Positions 1 to 9,219 of a stretch of DNA of 64,000 bases are shown here, piece by piece; within the stretch, counting starts at the first letter, position 1, and the number at the start of each line of letters is the position of its first letter. The notes beneath the pieces are model-generated. The model ran no database searches. It worked only from the letters and a program-made list of their open reading frames with translations, and was not told the DNA's origin. Origin of the DNA: a virus; IMG/VR virus record IMGVR_UViG_3300042346_000326, positions 33,381-97,380 of that record; one strand, given 5' to 3'. A program made the position numbers and the translations under genes.

Positions 1-2
1 CA

Positions 3-398
3 TGGGAGAAGGCTGCACAACGTGACAAGACTATGGCTTCAGACATCGTTACTCGTTACTCTAGGGCGTTAACAGAAATGCAGTCTGCTCCTAACGATGC
101 TGCACGTCGTAATGCTGAATTTAAGTTAGAGCAGGCTCTTGAACATGGTTCGATGTTATTTGAAGACATTCATCGTTCTCGAAAACTTGCTTTTACAGAA
201 TTTGGTAGGGGATACGATGACTTTTATAACTACCGTTGGCAAGCAGGAAAGAAATACGGAACTGTACCCGCATTACGCAAGATGCATGACTATCTCAAAG
301 CACGTCAAGAAGAACAGGCCGTTGAAACTTATGGCGTAGAGTTACCAGATACACAGACGCTCATAAGGAGAGCAGCAACTTATAGAGTAAAGGAATAA
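3..398 (+). CDS. hypothetical protein, probably 5'-truncated by the window edge
   Basis: Frame is open upstream of the ATG at 33 to the window start; stop lies 1 nt before the next ORF. Confidence 0.6.
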   Translation, partial: WEKAAQRDKTMASDIVTRYSRALTEMQSAPNDAARRNAEFKLEQALEHGSMLFEDIHRSRKLAFTEFGRGYDDFYNYRWQAGKKYGTVPALRKMHDYLKARQEEQAVETYGVELPDTQTLIRRAATYRVKE

Positions 399-399
399 C

Positions 400-888
400 T
401 TGAACATACTTCTATCACTAAACGGGGTACTACGGGCGGAATCTGGAGAACCAAACAGAGCAGGGGTAATCCTGTACTACGCTCTTAATGCTGCACACCG
501 TGTTGCCATCATTACAAAAGATGATAAAGACAATGCAAAACATTGGTTACAGTCTCACGGCATAATCGGCTACGATGATTTGCTGGATAACTCTGTTGAT
601 TTAGCGGGCGAAGACTTAAAGAAGCGTCAGTTTCTTCTCAGCAGAGGAAAATCTCCTGTTGAAATGTACATTGACTCTGACCCAGAGATGTGTGCGTGGG
701 TATTTGAGCACCAGAATGTTCCTACTCTCCTGGTCAGTCATCCAAGTTACTTGCCAGTAGAACATCGACCAGATGCTCCTCGCAAGGTTCGTGCATGGAA
801 TGAGATTGAAGAGGCTGTTACAAGAGTTAACATTGCTAAATCAAAGTTTGCATCACAACCAAAAGATGTAACTCTGTGGGATGACTGA
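400..888 (+). CDS. HAD-superfamily-like protein (degenerate motif I)
   Basis: N-terminal ILLSLNGVL resembles HAD hhhDhDGVL; later MYIDSD; coupled to next ORF. Confidence 0.45.
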   Translation: MNILLSLNGVLRAESGEPNRAGVILYYALNAAHRVAIITKDDKDNAKHWLQSHGIIGYDDLLDNSVDLAGEDLKKRQFLLSRGKSPVEMYIDSDPEMCAWVFEHQNVPTLLVSHPSYLPVEHRPDAPRKVRAWNEIEEAVTRVNIAKSKFASQPKDVTLWDD

Positions 889-2390
889 TGATTATTTTCT
901 CAGGTACAGAGGTTGGCAGTAATCGCACCCTTCTAGAGGGTATGAAGGTCGAGTCGATGGGGCTCAACTATTGGGGTTTGCGTAAACGGGGACTACCAAA
1001 AACAAAGACATGGTTGATATCTGAACATTTTGATGACAATACAAAAGTTTACATTGAATCAGGTGCATCACAAGCGGACAAGTCTGGTCTGTCCAAAACA
1101 GAGTTAGAAGACCTTGCCGCTGACTACCAGGAGTTTCTGGTTAACAACGCTGACAGGGCCGCAGCCTTCTTAGAGTTTGACTCACAGACTCTGGGCAAAG
1201 AATGGGTCGCCCAACAACGTTCCTTTTTCAGTAATGACCCTAAGTTATGGGTAATCTGGCATCAAGAGTACGGGATACAGAACCTCAAAGAACTATCAGA
1301 GCAATTCCAAAATGTTGCAATACCCAATGAAGAGATTGAATCGGTAACTAACCTTGCAGGTATTGTGAGGTCATACCAGAGACAGTATGGAACCCATTAT
1401 CATGGCATTGGATGTGCCAAGCCAGACAACTTGAGACAGATACCATTTGCCACAGCCAGCACATTGTCATGGATATCGCCTATGAGACGAGGCGAAACAA
1501 TCATCTGGGATGGAACAAAGTTAGTTAGATATCCCAAGAAGATGAAGGACCAAGCCAGACCTCGCTATAAGGCGATTGTAGAGAAAGCAGGACTGGACTA
1601 TTTAGAGTTTGTCAACGATAGTACCCTTGAAGCCACTAAGGTAGCGGTGTGGTCATACCTACGATTGGAAGAGTCAATGGATAAGAAGAGACCCGATTTA
1701 CACATCATTGATGGTGGAAAAAAAGAAGAAGTATCTGATAACAGCGATACGCCCCTTATGTCGGGTTTGATGGAATTAGGGGGGTACCTTTCTGATAACA
1801 GTGGAGCAGAAGGGAGGAAAGTGGAGCGAAGTGAAGTGGTTCCACGAGCCCCTGAAGAGATGCAGAATTTACCTGTCTTTGGCTTTAAAACAAAAACTGT
1901 AGTAGAAACAGATGAAGATGGAAAGGACATTCTTAAAGATGTACCCGTCATTCAAACGCAGAGTAGTTCAATTCGTCAGTGCAACACTTGCTTTGTCGCT
2001 GCTAATTGCCCTGCTTTCAAGCCTGATAATTCTTGTGCCTTCAATCTTCCAGTAGAAGTTAAGACCAAGGAACAACTAAAAGCCCTGCTCACAGCCATAA
2101 TTGAGATGCAAGGACAGCGTGTAGCGTTCATGCGTTTTGCCGAAGAAGTGAACGGTGGGTATGCAGACCCTAACGTTTCACAAGAGATAGACCGACTATT
2201 TAAGTTAGTCAATCAGGTCAAGGAGATGGAATCTAACAAGGAGTTTATACAGATTACAGCCCAACGCCAGAGCGCTGGTGGCGTTCTTTCAGCCATCTTT
2301 GGAGACCGTGCTCAAGCATTACGTGAGTTGCCAGAAACGCTAAAAGAAGATACGGTTACAAAAATAATCACAGAATCTATTGAAGAGTGA
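888..2390 (+). CDS. conserved phage protein with possible TGT-like barrel and C-terminal Cys cluster
   Basis: HYHGIG...PFATASTLSW resembles the HxhG...SxDSxSW pattern of TGT-like proteins; CNTC-x5-C-x8-C. Confidence 0.4.
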   Translation: MIIFSGTEVGSNRTLLEGMKVESMGLNYWGLRKRGLPKTKTWLISEHFDDNTKVYIESGASQADKSGLSKTELEDLAADYQEFLVNNADRAAAFLEFDSQTLGKEWVAQQRSFFSNDPKLWVIWHQEYGIQNLKELSEQFQNVAIPNEEIESVTNLAGIVRSYQRQYGTHYHGIGCAKPDNLRQIPFATASTLSWISPMRRGETIIWDGTKLVRYPKKMKDQARPRYKAIVEKAGLDYLEFVNDSTLEATKVAVWSYLRLEESMDKKRPDLHIIDGGKKEEVSDNSDTPLMSGLMELGGYLSDNSGAEGRKVERSEVVPRAPEEMQNLPVFGFKTKTVVETDEDGKDILKDVPVIQTQSSSIRQCNTCFVAANCPAFKPDNSCAFNLPVEVKTKEQLKALLTAIIEMQGQRVAFMRFAEEVNGGYADPNVSQEIDRLFKLVNQVKEMESNKEFIQITAQRQSAGGVLSAIFGDRAQALRELPETLKEDTVTKIITESIEE

Positions 2391-2408
2391 TATCTGATAA
2401 CAGGTAAA

Positions 2409-3137
2409 ATGGGGAGTAAAATCATTAAGATTTTAAAGTTTATACCAGATTTAAAAACTACTTCTATAGAAATCTCTTCTCCAGTCCCTGCCATCACGAC
2501 CATACCAAATTGGTACAGGACTATACCTCAGTTTATGAATGGTGAAAAGAAACTTAAAGTAATTCCTGGTGAAAGAAGCGTAAATACTACTGTAAAACGT
2601 TGCACCCCCTTTTTGGATGGAATGACCATAGGTTATATGCTGGTTTTGTCAGACGATATTCAAGTTGTAATAGATACTCAAACAGGTTTTCAAGGTCTTT
2701 GGTGGAGAACTTCTTCTACATTAGTTACTGAACATGCTTCAGAACAACATCCAAATCTTTACATTTCAGAAGAATATTCAAATAAAGTTTTTAAATGGGC
2801 AAATGAATGGCAGTTACAAACTCCTCCAGGTTACAGTCTCTATTGTTCTCATCCTTCTAACAGGCTAGACCTTCCCTTTCATACTTTTACAGGAGTTGTT
2901 GATTCAGACCTTTACCCGTTGTCTACTCAATTTCCTTTTGTGATTAAAAAAGACTTTGAAGGTATTATTGAACGAGGAACGCCTGTTGCTCAACTAATCC
3001 CAATAAAGAGAGATTTATGGAAGTCTCAAGTTGAACTTTACGATGAAACAAGTCACCCACGAAGAATGCGTCAATTTTTTGGAAAAATAGACAGGGCATA
3101 CAAAAACAACTTTTGGTCTAAAAAGGTTTATCAATAG
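2409..3137 (+). CDS. DUF6065-like / dUTPase-fold-like protein (paralog 1 of 5)
   Basis: PxWY..TVKRCTPFLD..GY..TPPGYS..GVVDSD..GTPVAQLIPIKR..YKNNFW shared with four ORFs at 50.8-54.2 kb. Confidence 0.6.
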   Translation: MGSKIIKILKFIPDLKTTSIEISSPVPAITTIPNWYRTIPQFMNGEKKLKVIPGERSVNTTVKRCTPFLDGMTIGYMLVLSDDIQVVIDTQTGFQGLWWRTSSTLVTEHASEQHPNLYISEEYSNKVFKWANEWQLQTPPGYSLYCSHPSNRLDLPFHTFTGVVDSDLYPLSTQFPFVIKKDFEGIIERGTPVAQLIPIKRDLWKSQVELYDETSHPRRMRQFFGKIDRAYKNNFWSKKVYQ

Positions 3138-3247
3138 TTTAACAACCTGCATTAACTTTTGAACTTTTTGCTATTGATAGGTGCATGATAGGATTTTGAA
3201 CATAACAATGTTCCTCCCTTTTTAGGGGTATTTAACAATTATATGAA

Positions 3248-5272
3248 ATGGTAGGGGATATGAATTATTTTTCTTTTAAGTTGGCTGAAGACTTTGTTAC
3301 TCAATACAAAGGCAAGAAGTCACCTTTTGGTTATCAAGACGCTGGCGGGAATTCTGTAGGAGAGATTACCTTTCTTCGTACCTATTCTCGTCTAAAGGAA
3401 GATGGTCGCAAAGAGACGTGGGTTGATGTATGTGAGCGGGTTATCAATGGCATGTACTCTCTACAGAAGGACCACGCTAAGAGTCAACGTCTTCCATGGT
3501 CTGATGCCAAAGCAGCAGCCTCCGCTAAGGAAGCATTTGACCGCCTCTTCAATCTAAAGTGGACACCACCTGGACGTGGTCTGTGGGTCATGGGCACGCC
3601 TCTTGTGAATGTCCAACGAAACTCCGCAGCATTACAAAACTGTGCATTCGTCTCGACTGGTTCCATGACAAAGACAGACCCAGCAAAACCATTTGCTTTC
3701 TTAATGGAAGCATCGATGCTGGGAGTTGGTGTTGGTTTTGATGACAAGGGCGCAGACAAAGACTTCACTATCTATGCACCACAAGGAGAACTCGATTATG
3801 AAATCCCTGATACAAGAGAAGGCTGGGTTGAATCAACTGCATCACTTATTAATGCCTACCTACGACCAGACTCTAAGGCTCCAAAGTTTGATTATTCAAA
3901 GGTTCGCCCAGCAGGAGAACCAATTAAGATATTTGGTGGAACAGCAGCAGGACCAGACCCGTTAATTAAACTTCACGACTTGATTCGTGGAATGTTCGAT
4001 AGTCGTGCAGGTCAGAAATTAACTCGCAGAGACATCGCAGACATCGGCAACATGATTGGTGTCTGTGTTGTATCTGGAAATGTTCGTCGTTCTGCTGAGT
4101 TGCTTATGGGCAGACTTGATGATGAAGAGTTTCTAAACCTTAAGAACTACGACAAACACCCAGAGCGCCTTGCTCATGGCTGGATGTCAAACAACTCTGT
4201 TGAGGTATCTGTTGGTCAAGACCTATCGCCAATCATTGATGGTATTGCTCGCAACGGTGAGCCAGGAGTTATCTGGATGGATGTCACTCGCAAGTATGGT
4301 CGCCTTGCTGACCCTGAGAACAACAAGGATTGGCGTGCTGTTGGCTACAACCCATGCGCTGAACAGTCACTTGAATCCTACGAATGCTGCACACTAGTTG
4401 AGACCTACCTCAATCGCCACGAGAACCTAGAAGACTTTTTGCGCACCCTAAAGTTTGCATATCTTTATGCAAAGACTGTAACGCTTCTTCCTACTCACTG
4501 GGAAGAGACCAACGCCATCATGCAGCGCAATCGTCGTATTGGAACTTCTATATCTGGCGTTGCAAACTTTGCAGATAACAGGGGCTTGCCAACTCTTCGT
4601 GAGTGGATGGATAAAGGCTATTCAGTAATTCAAAGTTATGACAAGAACTACTCTGAGTGGCTAGGTATCCGTGAGTCAATCAAGACTACAACTGTTAAGC
4701 CAAGCGGAACAGTCTCTATCCTTGCTGGTGAATCTCCTGGAGTTCACTGGTCTGTTGGTGGCAAATACTTTATGCGTGCTATTCGTTTTGCAAACAATGA
4801 CCCAATGCTTCCATTGTTTAAGATGGCGAATTACAGAGTAGAACCCGCCAATGAATCTCCTGATACGACTTCTGTTGTCTTCTTCCCTGTAAAGTCAGAT
4901 GCTATACGTTCTGAGAAGGATGTAAGTATCTACGAGAAGATGGCACTTGCTGCTACTGCACAAAGATATTGGTCAGATAACTCTGTAAGTGTGACTATCT
5001 CATTTGACCCTGAAAAAGAGTCTTCGGCTATTGGAACTGTGCTTCACATGTATGACGGACAGTTAAAGACAGTCTCATTCTTACCAAGTGGTAACCATAT
5101 CTATCCTCAAATGCCTTACACACAGATAGGTGAAGAGTTCTACAACGATGCAACTATGGAAATCTTCCCGATTGATTTTAGTGGCGTTTATGCTGGAATG
5201 GCAGCCGATGCAATTGGTGAAGCGTATTGCACAACTGATGCGTGTGAGATAAAGTTAATCTCAAACACATAA
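3248..5272 (+). CDS. nrdJ: class II (B12-dependent) ribonucleotide reductase, monomeric RTPR type
   Basis: RTYSR, PPGRGLW, NC, GNVRRSA, NPCAEQ, TTVKPSGT, C-terminal CTTDAC. Confidence 0.93.
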   Translation: MVGDMNYFSFKLAEDFVTQYKGKKSPFGYQDAGGNSVGEITFLRTYSRLKEDGRKETWVDVCERVINGMYSLQKDHAKSQRLPWSDAKAAASAKEAFDRLFNLKWTPPGRGLWVMGTPLVNVQRNSAALQNCAFVSTGSMTKTDPAKPFAFLMEASMLGVGVGFDDKGADKDFTIYAPQGELDYEIPDTREGWVESTASLINAYLRPDSKAPKFDYSKVRPAGEPIKIFGGTAAGPDPLIKLHDLIRGMFDSRAGQKLTRRDIADIGNMIGVCVVSGNVRRSAELLMGRLDDEEFLNLKNYDKHPERLAHGWMSNNSVEVSVGQDLSPIIDGIARNGEPGVIWMDVTRKYGRLADPENNKDWRAVGYNPCAEQSLESYECCTLVETYLNRHENLEDFLRTLKFAYLYAKTVTLLPTHWEETNAIMQRNRRIGTSISGVANFADNRGLPTLREWMDKGYSVIQSYDKNYSEWLGIRESIKTTTVKPSGTVSILAGESPGVHWSVGGKYFMRAIRFANNDPMLPLFKMANYRVEPANESPDTTSVVFFPVKSDAIRSEKDVSIYEKMALAATAQRYWSDNSVSVTISFDPEKESSAIGTVLHMYDGQLKTVSFLPSGNHIYPQMPYTQIGEEFYNDATMEIFPIDFSGVYAGMAADAIGEAYCTTDACEIKLISNT

Positions 5273-5273
5273 G

Positions 5274-5308
5274 GAAAAAGCCCCTCGTAATTGAGGGGCT
5301 TTCTCTTT
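5274..5308. terminator. bidirectional intrinsic terminator between convergent genes
   Basis: AAAAGCCCCTC-gtaatt-GAGGGGCTTT with A and T runs on either side. Confidence 0.8.
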
Positions 5309-5316
5309 TGGTATTG

Positions 5317-6420
5317 CTTTTGGTATGACTTTGCTTTTTAAGCCTTTACCTATTGCTTTACCTATTTAGTTCTTGCCTTTGCCTTTTGCTATTGCTTTGG
5401 CTTTTGGCTTGGTATCAGGGAACTTTGCTATCCATTCTTGGGTTCTAGCGGTCATTCCCTTCCACGCACTCCAATTCTCGCCCCCATTGCTCATGTGATA
5501 AGCAATCTGAGCGTTTACCACAGGGTTTAGCAGTTCGGCATTGGAATCCAATCCAAACTTCGCTCTTCTGTCTGCACCCAACTCTCCTAGCATGTTTATC
5601 TGAAACAAGCCGTATGAGTTGTCGCCTGTTGAGGCGTTCCCATTATGTGCGAGCGGTCTACCCGATGATTCTTTCTTCGCAACTGCCCATGCTTCTCGTA
5701 GGTCTTGCCCTTCGAACCCAACTGCTTTCAGTAGGGCTACTAGTTCTAGGTCACTCAACTTGTGAGAGTTCTCGAACTTGGCAAGCAACTTGTCGCTGGA
5801 CTCTTGCTCGACTTGGGCTTCCAACGCCTCTGCCTTTGTGGGGCTAAACGCTGGAGTGATTCTCCCTACTCCGAATGTTCCTGAAAGGAACGCGGTAGTT
5901 AGAATCAACACTACAAGCCGATTTTGTGTTTCTAGTTTCATCAGTTCTCCTAACCCAGAAAGTCATTGACAATTTCACTCGCCTTTGATTTCTGGTGTCG
6001 AACGCGGTGTAAGTAGCGTTCGGTAGTTTTTATGGATTGATGACCCAATCGCTCTTTTACTTCATGGACATCAACGCCGTTTTTAAGTAACTGCGTTGCG
6101 TTCGCATGTCGTAAGTCGTGAGTTCTTGGACTCCAACCCATGCCTGATTTGGCTATTGCTTTGTTCCAAATGGTTCTCCATGTATCTCGTGGCAGGTGAC
6201 TCGGTTCGTCAAGTATGACTTCACCCTTTTGGTATGACTTTGCTCTTTGCGACCTTCGATACTCTCGAACTATCGCTTTACAATCGTCACACCTACAAGA
6301 CCCACTTGCGTAAGCCCTGAGCGTGCCATGTTGGAACAGTTTTCCGTCTTTCACGAATGGTCGTAAAGACTTTGCTGTGCCACGAGAATCTTTAATTTTA
6401 CCTTTTGGTATGACTTTGCT
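5317..6420. repeat. three exact 19-nt direct repeats CTTTTGGTATGACTTTGCT
   Basis: Copies at 5317-5335, 6226-6244 and 6402-6420. Confidence 0.85.
5366..5941 (-). CDS. secreted or membrane-anchored lysozyme-like / lytic transglycosylase
   Basis: N-terminal hydrophobic segment; AVAKKESSG (catalytic E), SYGLFQIN, WSAW. Confidence 0.85.
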   Translation of the reverse strand: MKLETQNRLVVLILTTAFLSGTFGVGRITPAFSPTKAEALEAQVEQESSDKLLAKFENSHKLSDLELVALLKAVGFEGQDLREAWAVAKKESSGRPLAHNGNASTGDNSYGLFQINMLGELGADRRAKFGLDSNAELLNPVVNAQIAYHMSNGGENWSAWKGMTARTQEWIAKFPDTKPKAKAIAKGKGKN

Positions 6421-7227
6421 TCTCTCAAAGACTAACTCTTCTTTTGCTATTCGATTTGCCCTGACAAACGCCTTTATCTCTAGTAACAGGGCTTCGGGCA
6501 ATACAACTGAACGCTTGTAACCTGACTTAGTGGCATCTACGACTAAGAATCTACTTCCGTTATTGCGTGCTTTGCCTAACTCACTCACTCGCCTCTGTAT
6601 AAAAACTTCTTTTGTATTGAAATTAAAATCTTTTAATCGAATCTCTGTGGCTTCTCCGAAGCGTGCGCCCGAAGCAACAAGGAACTTCGCAAACAACTTC
6701 GCACCCTCTGTCGGTAAGTGACTAACAATCTTCTTGAACTCGTCAGGCTCGACCACATTGGAAATGTCCGATTTGCCTACTTTGACCTTTATGCCACGAG
6801 TCGGGTTGGTTTGGGCTATTTGCCCCTCTTGTAACCATTTGTAGAGAGAGCCTAGACACGCCTTGATTTGAGCCAGCGTTGCGCCACCGACCCCCTGAGC
6901 CTTCAATTCGCCCAAGAGTTCTCGGACTTCAAGCGTGGATACCTCAGAAACGCGTTTAGAGCCGATTTGAGGGGCTAGATACCTGCCCCAAAGGGATTCA
7001 TACCCCTTCTTCGTGATAGGCAGTAATTCGGCGGTTCTAAGCCATTTTTCGGCATACTCAGAAAGGGTCAAATTAGCCCTTGAAGGGCTCTCTGAGCCCC
7101 CATTCTCCATGCGTAGGGCTTGATACCGAGCCTCACTCTCGGAAGCCCAAGTGCCAGCAGACAGGCGTTTAGAGCCCTGCCTGTAATAGCCTGTGAAGCG
7201 TGAGCCACGCCTGACCACATACGCCAC
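5950..7227 (-). CDS. tyrosine recombinase/integrase with inserted Zn-binding module
   Basis: GARFGE (R), HDLRH, LGHQSIKTTERY (H, Y); SAM-like N domain; HGT..Y..CRCDDC insertion. Confidence 0.92.
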   Translation of the reverse strand: MAYVVRRGSRFTGYYRQGSKRLSAGTWASESEARYQALRMENGGSESPSRANLTLSEYAEKWLRTAELLPITKKGYESLWGRYLAPQIGSKRVSEVSTLEVRELLGELKAQGVGGATLAQIKACLGSLYKWLQEGQIAQTNPTRGIKVKVGKSDISNVVEPDEFKKIVSHLPTEGAKLFAKFLVASGARFGEATEIRLKDFNFNTKEVFIQRRVSELGKARNNGSRFLVVDATKSGYKRSVVLPEALLLEIKAFVRANRIAKEELVFERSKVIPKGKIKDSRGTAKSLRPFVKDGKLFQHGTLRAYASGSCRCDDCKAIVREYRRSQRAKSYQKGEVILDEPSHLPRDTWRTIWNKAIAKSGMGWSPRTHDLRHANATQLLKNGVDVHEVKERLGHQSIKTTERYLHRVRHQKSKASEIVNDFLG

Positions 7228-7229
7228 GA

Positions 7230-7324
7230 AAGCCCCCTCTACTCGTGAGTAACATTACTGATGAGTAAGTTACTGACGAGTAACATCTAGGTCAAATCCG
7301 AAGCCCCCTCTACTGATGAGTAAC
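7230..7324. promoter_or_regulatory. array of four palindromic (T)TACT-N4-AGTAA sites upstream of the recombinase
   Basis: Sites at 7240-7252, 7255-7268, 7270-7283, 7311-7323; longer repeat AAGCCCCCTCTACT..GAGTAAC at 7230 and 7301. Confidence 0.75.
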
Positions 7325-7333
7325 TTATGGGCA

Positions 7334-7370
7334 TAAAAAAGACCCCCATTCCTGATACGGAATGAGGGTC
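7334..7370 (-). terminator. intrinsic terminator of the minus-strand operon
   Basis: Minus strand GACCCTCATTCC-gtatca-GGAATGGGGGTC-TTTTTT. Confidence 0.8.
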
Positions 7371-7372
7371 GG

Positions 7373-7425
7373 TCACATAATGACTAAGTGCTTAGACGAG
7401 TTGAGTTATTCGCTTATGTGTTTTC
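7373..7425 (-). ncRNA. 3' arm of a split structured RNA (pairs with 15991-16513)
   Basis: Four contiguous segments are reverse-complementary to 16498-16513, 16136-16148, 16020-16028 and 15991-16007 in nested order. Confidence 0.7.
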
Positions 7426-7629
7426 GGATTCAGAAACTACTTCAAGTTCTGATTCTTTTCGATTCTGATTCCATTCTTCGATTGTTTTCTTTTTCCATAC
7501 AGGAGTTCTTCCTATGTATGTATCGGGTTCGGGAAGGGTGTTTCTTCTTCGATAAGTGTAAAGAGTTGAATACTTTAATCCTAACAACTCGCTTACTTGG
7601 TCGTTCGTTAGCCATTCGTTCTCACTCAC
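7414..7629 (-). CDS. AlpA/excisionase-like helix-turn-helix protein
   Basis: WLTNDQVSELLGLKYSTLYTY..LPEPD..GRTPVW. Confidence 0.8.
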   Translation of the reverse strand: MSENEWLTNDQVSELLGLKYSTLYTYRRRNTLPEPDTYIGRTPVWKKKTIEEWNQNRKESELEVVSESENT

Positions 7630-8069
7630 TTTGTTTCCTTTACATAAAGTTGTTGTGATTCATTGTTGAACCACAAGTAAGGTAAATCATTTTCAATGTT
7701 GAAGTGATAGTAAGTTGAATCTTTGCGATTCAGATTACTCTGATGTGAATTGTGAAAGTTTGGATTGCCAAACCACTTTGGTAATTCACAATCAGGATAC
7801 ATTGAATGAAGTGCTACAAACTTTTCACGCATTGTGTCTTTGTAACCACGAACAATCCATTCATCACAGATTGCGATTCCGTATTCACAAAGTAACTTCT
7901 CGTGACCGCGCCACAGATTCGTAGCAGGGTGATTGCGCCAACCTTTTGTTTCGCCACGAAGCGCACGAAGTATCTGCCACGCTTCTACGCGTTGCTTACC
8001 TAGTCGCTTGTAATCGAGAGCCTGAGCCGACTTAACAAAGTCGGGATAAGGCAGGAATGTATTAACCAT
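7626..8069 (-). CDS. pyrimidine-dimer DNA glycosylase / MSMEG_6728-like protein
   Basis: TFLPYPDF..LDYKRLGKQRVEAWQIL..WRNHPA..HQSNL.RKD. Confidence 0.85.
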   Translation of the reverse strand: MVNTFLPYPDFVKSAQALDYKRLGKQRVEAWQILRALRGETKGWRNHPATNLWRGHEKLLCEYGIAICDEWIVRGYKDTMREKFVALHSMYPDCELPKWFGNPNFHNSHQSNLNRKDSTYYHFNIENDLPYLWFNNESQQLYVKETK

Positions 8070-8236
8070 TAGAATCCGTCACTTTCTAAAGTAGAAACAG
8101 TTATAGAAGTTTTTATTGCGCTATCGTCTGAGTATTCAGCACTCTCTAACGCTTCATACGCTTCCTCTTCTGAGGTCGCATAAGCAACAACTGAATGTGT
8201 AGTTACAACTTCCACAATCGCTTTGTATCTAATCAT
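8069..8236 (-). CDS. small hypothetical protein (55 aa, MIRYKAIVEV...)
   Basis: Fills the gap with start/stop overlaps on both sides; GAAAGGAG RBS; not in the ORF track. Confidence 0.65.
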   Translation of the reverse strand: MIRYKAIVEVVTTHSVVAYATSEEEAYEALESAEYSDDSAIKTSITVSTLESDGF

Positions 8237-8562
8237 TGGGATTTACTCCTTTCGGCTTTGCGGATTAGTTTGTGTCGTTCTGACTCAGTAGTGCCACCCC
8301 AAATCCCATAACGAATCCGATTCGTTACCGCAAAGGAAAGACACTTAGTTGTTTCGTGGCATTGAGAACATAAAGATTTCGCCATTGAAATCTTTTCAAT
8401 GTCTTCGGGGATTGTTTGGCCACTAGGAAACCAAATCTCAGGGTCGTTCTGTTGGCAGGGTGTCTTGTCATAGTCACGAGCCATTGGCACTTTGAGATTG
8501 AAAACAGGATTGTTAGTCGCTCTCTTTGGTTGTGCCGAAGGTAATCGTTTGATGTAAGTCAT
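8233..8562 (-). CDS. whiB: WhiB-family transcriptional regulator
   Basis: C..DPEIWFP..AKSLCSQC..C..GIWGG; four conserved Cys. Confidence 0.92.
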   Translation of the reverse strand: MTYIKRLPSAQPKRATNNPVFNLKVPMARDYDKTPCQQNDPEIWFPSGQTIPEDIEKISMAKSLCSQCHETTKCLSFAVTNRIRYGIWGGTTESERHKLIRKAERSKSQ

Positions 8563-9215
8563 GCGTTTATCTCCTTTCGTTGCTCTTTGTTAGTGAATTG
8601 GGGAAGTTCATTATTGTTTTGGTGGTCGTTGTCGTTACAATCTGAACAGATTGTCTGTTGCGTAGTCTGCTCACAACCACATTCGCAATCACAACTTCCA
8701 CAATCTTCACAACCTTCATAACATTCTCCCCATTTCTGTATGCGCCATTCACAATTCATCTCGCCTTCTTCTCGTGAAACTAACTTTCCTTTTTCGTATT
8801 CAAGTTCTCCGTAATAACCCATTCCCTCTTCTTGGTATTTAAGAGTTATAGAAGTGAATGGATACTTCTCCGCAATCGCTTCAACGATAGGAGTTGGCGG
8901 TGACCATGCGGTATTAAATGAGATTGAAACTTCTGTTGGAGATTCAATTCGCAATTCAACATCACAGGCGTTCCACTTAGTTCCCCACTTGGCGCAACGA
9001 AAGTTATACCAATCCTCGTATCCGTATTTATCTTTCATCTCTTGTGGGTTAGTTCTATTTGGCGAACTTGAATCAAGAAGTTCTTGTGGAGTAGGAATAA
9101 TCCGATTGAAGTCGAATGGTTGGTCTGAATCGTTTGTAATGCCCTGAATCAACTTTGTAAATTGTTTTGGGGTCTTTGTTGTAATAGTTAAATCGTTAGA
9201 ACACCAATTTGGCAT
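8559..9215 (-). CDS. DUF1281/YubB ferredoxin-like protein with Cys-rich tail
   Basis: MPNWC start with GAAAGGAG RBS; WY..R..WGTKWNA, FNTAWSPP; start reassigned from 9389. Confidence 0.75.
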   Translation of the reverse strand: MPNWCSNDLTITTKTPKQFTKLIQGITNDSDQPFDFNRIIPTPQELLDSSSPNRTNPQEMKDKYGYEDWYNFRCAKWGTKWNACDVELRIESPTEVSISFNTAWSPPTPIVEAIAEKYPFTSITLKYQEEGMGYYGELEYEKGKLVSREEGEMNCEWRIQKWGECYEGCEDCGSCDCECGCEQTTQQTICSDCNDNDHQNNNELPQFTNKEQRKEINA

Positions 9216-9219
9216 AACT

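Noticed and set aside
7230-7324. Possible mini CRISPR array
   Set aside because: Repeats are ~14 nt and nearly adjacent with no spacer-length unique sequence; no cas genes
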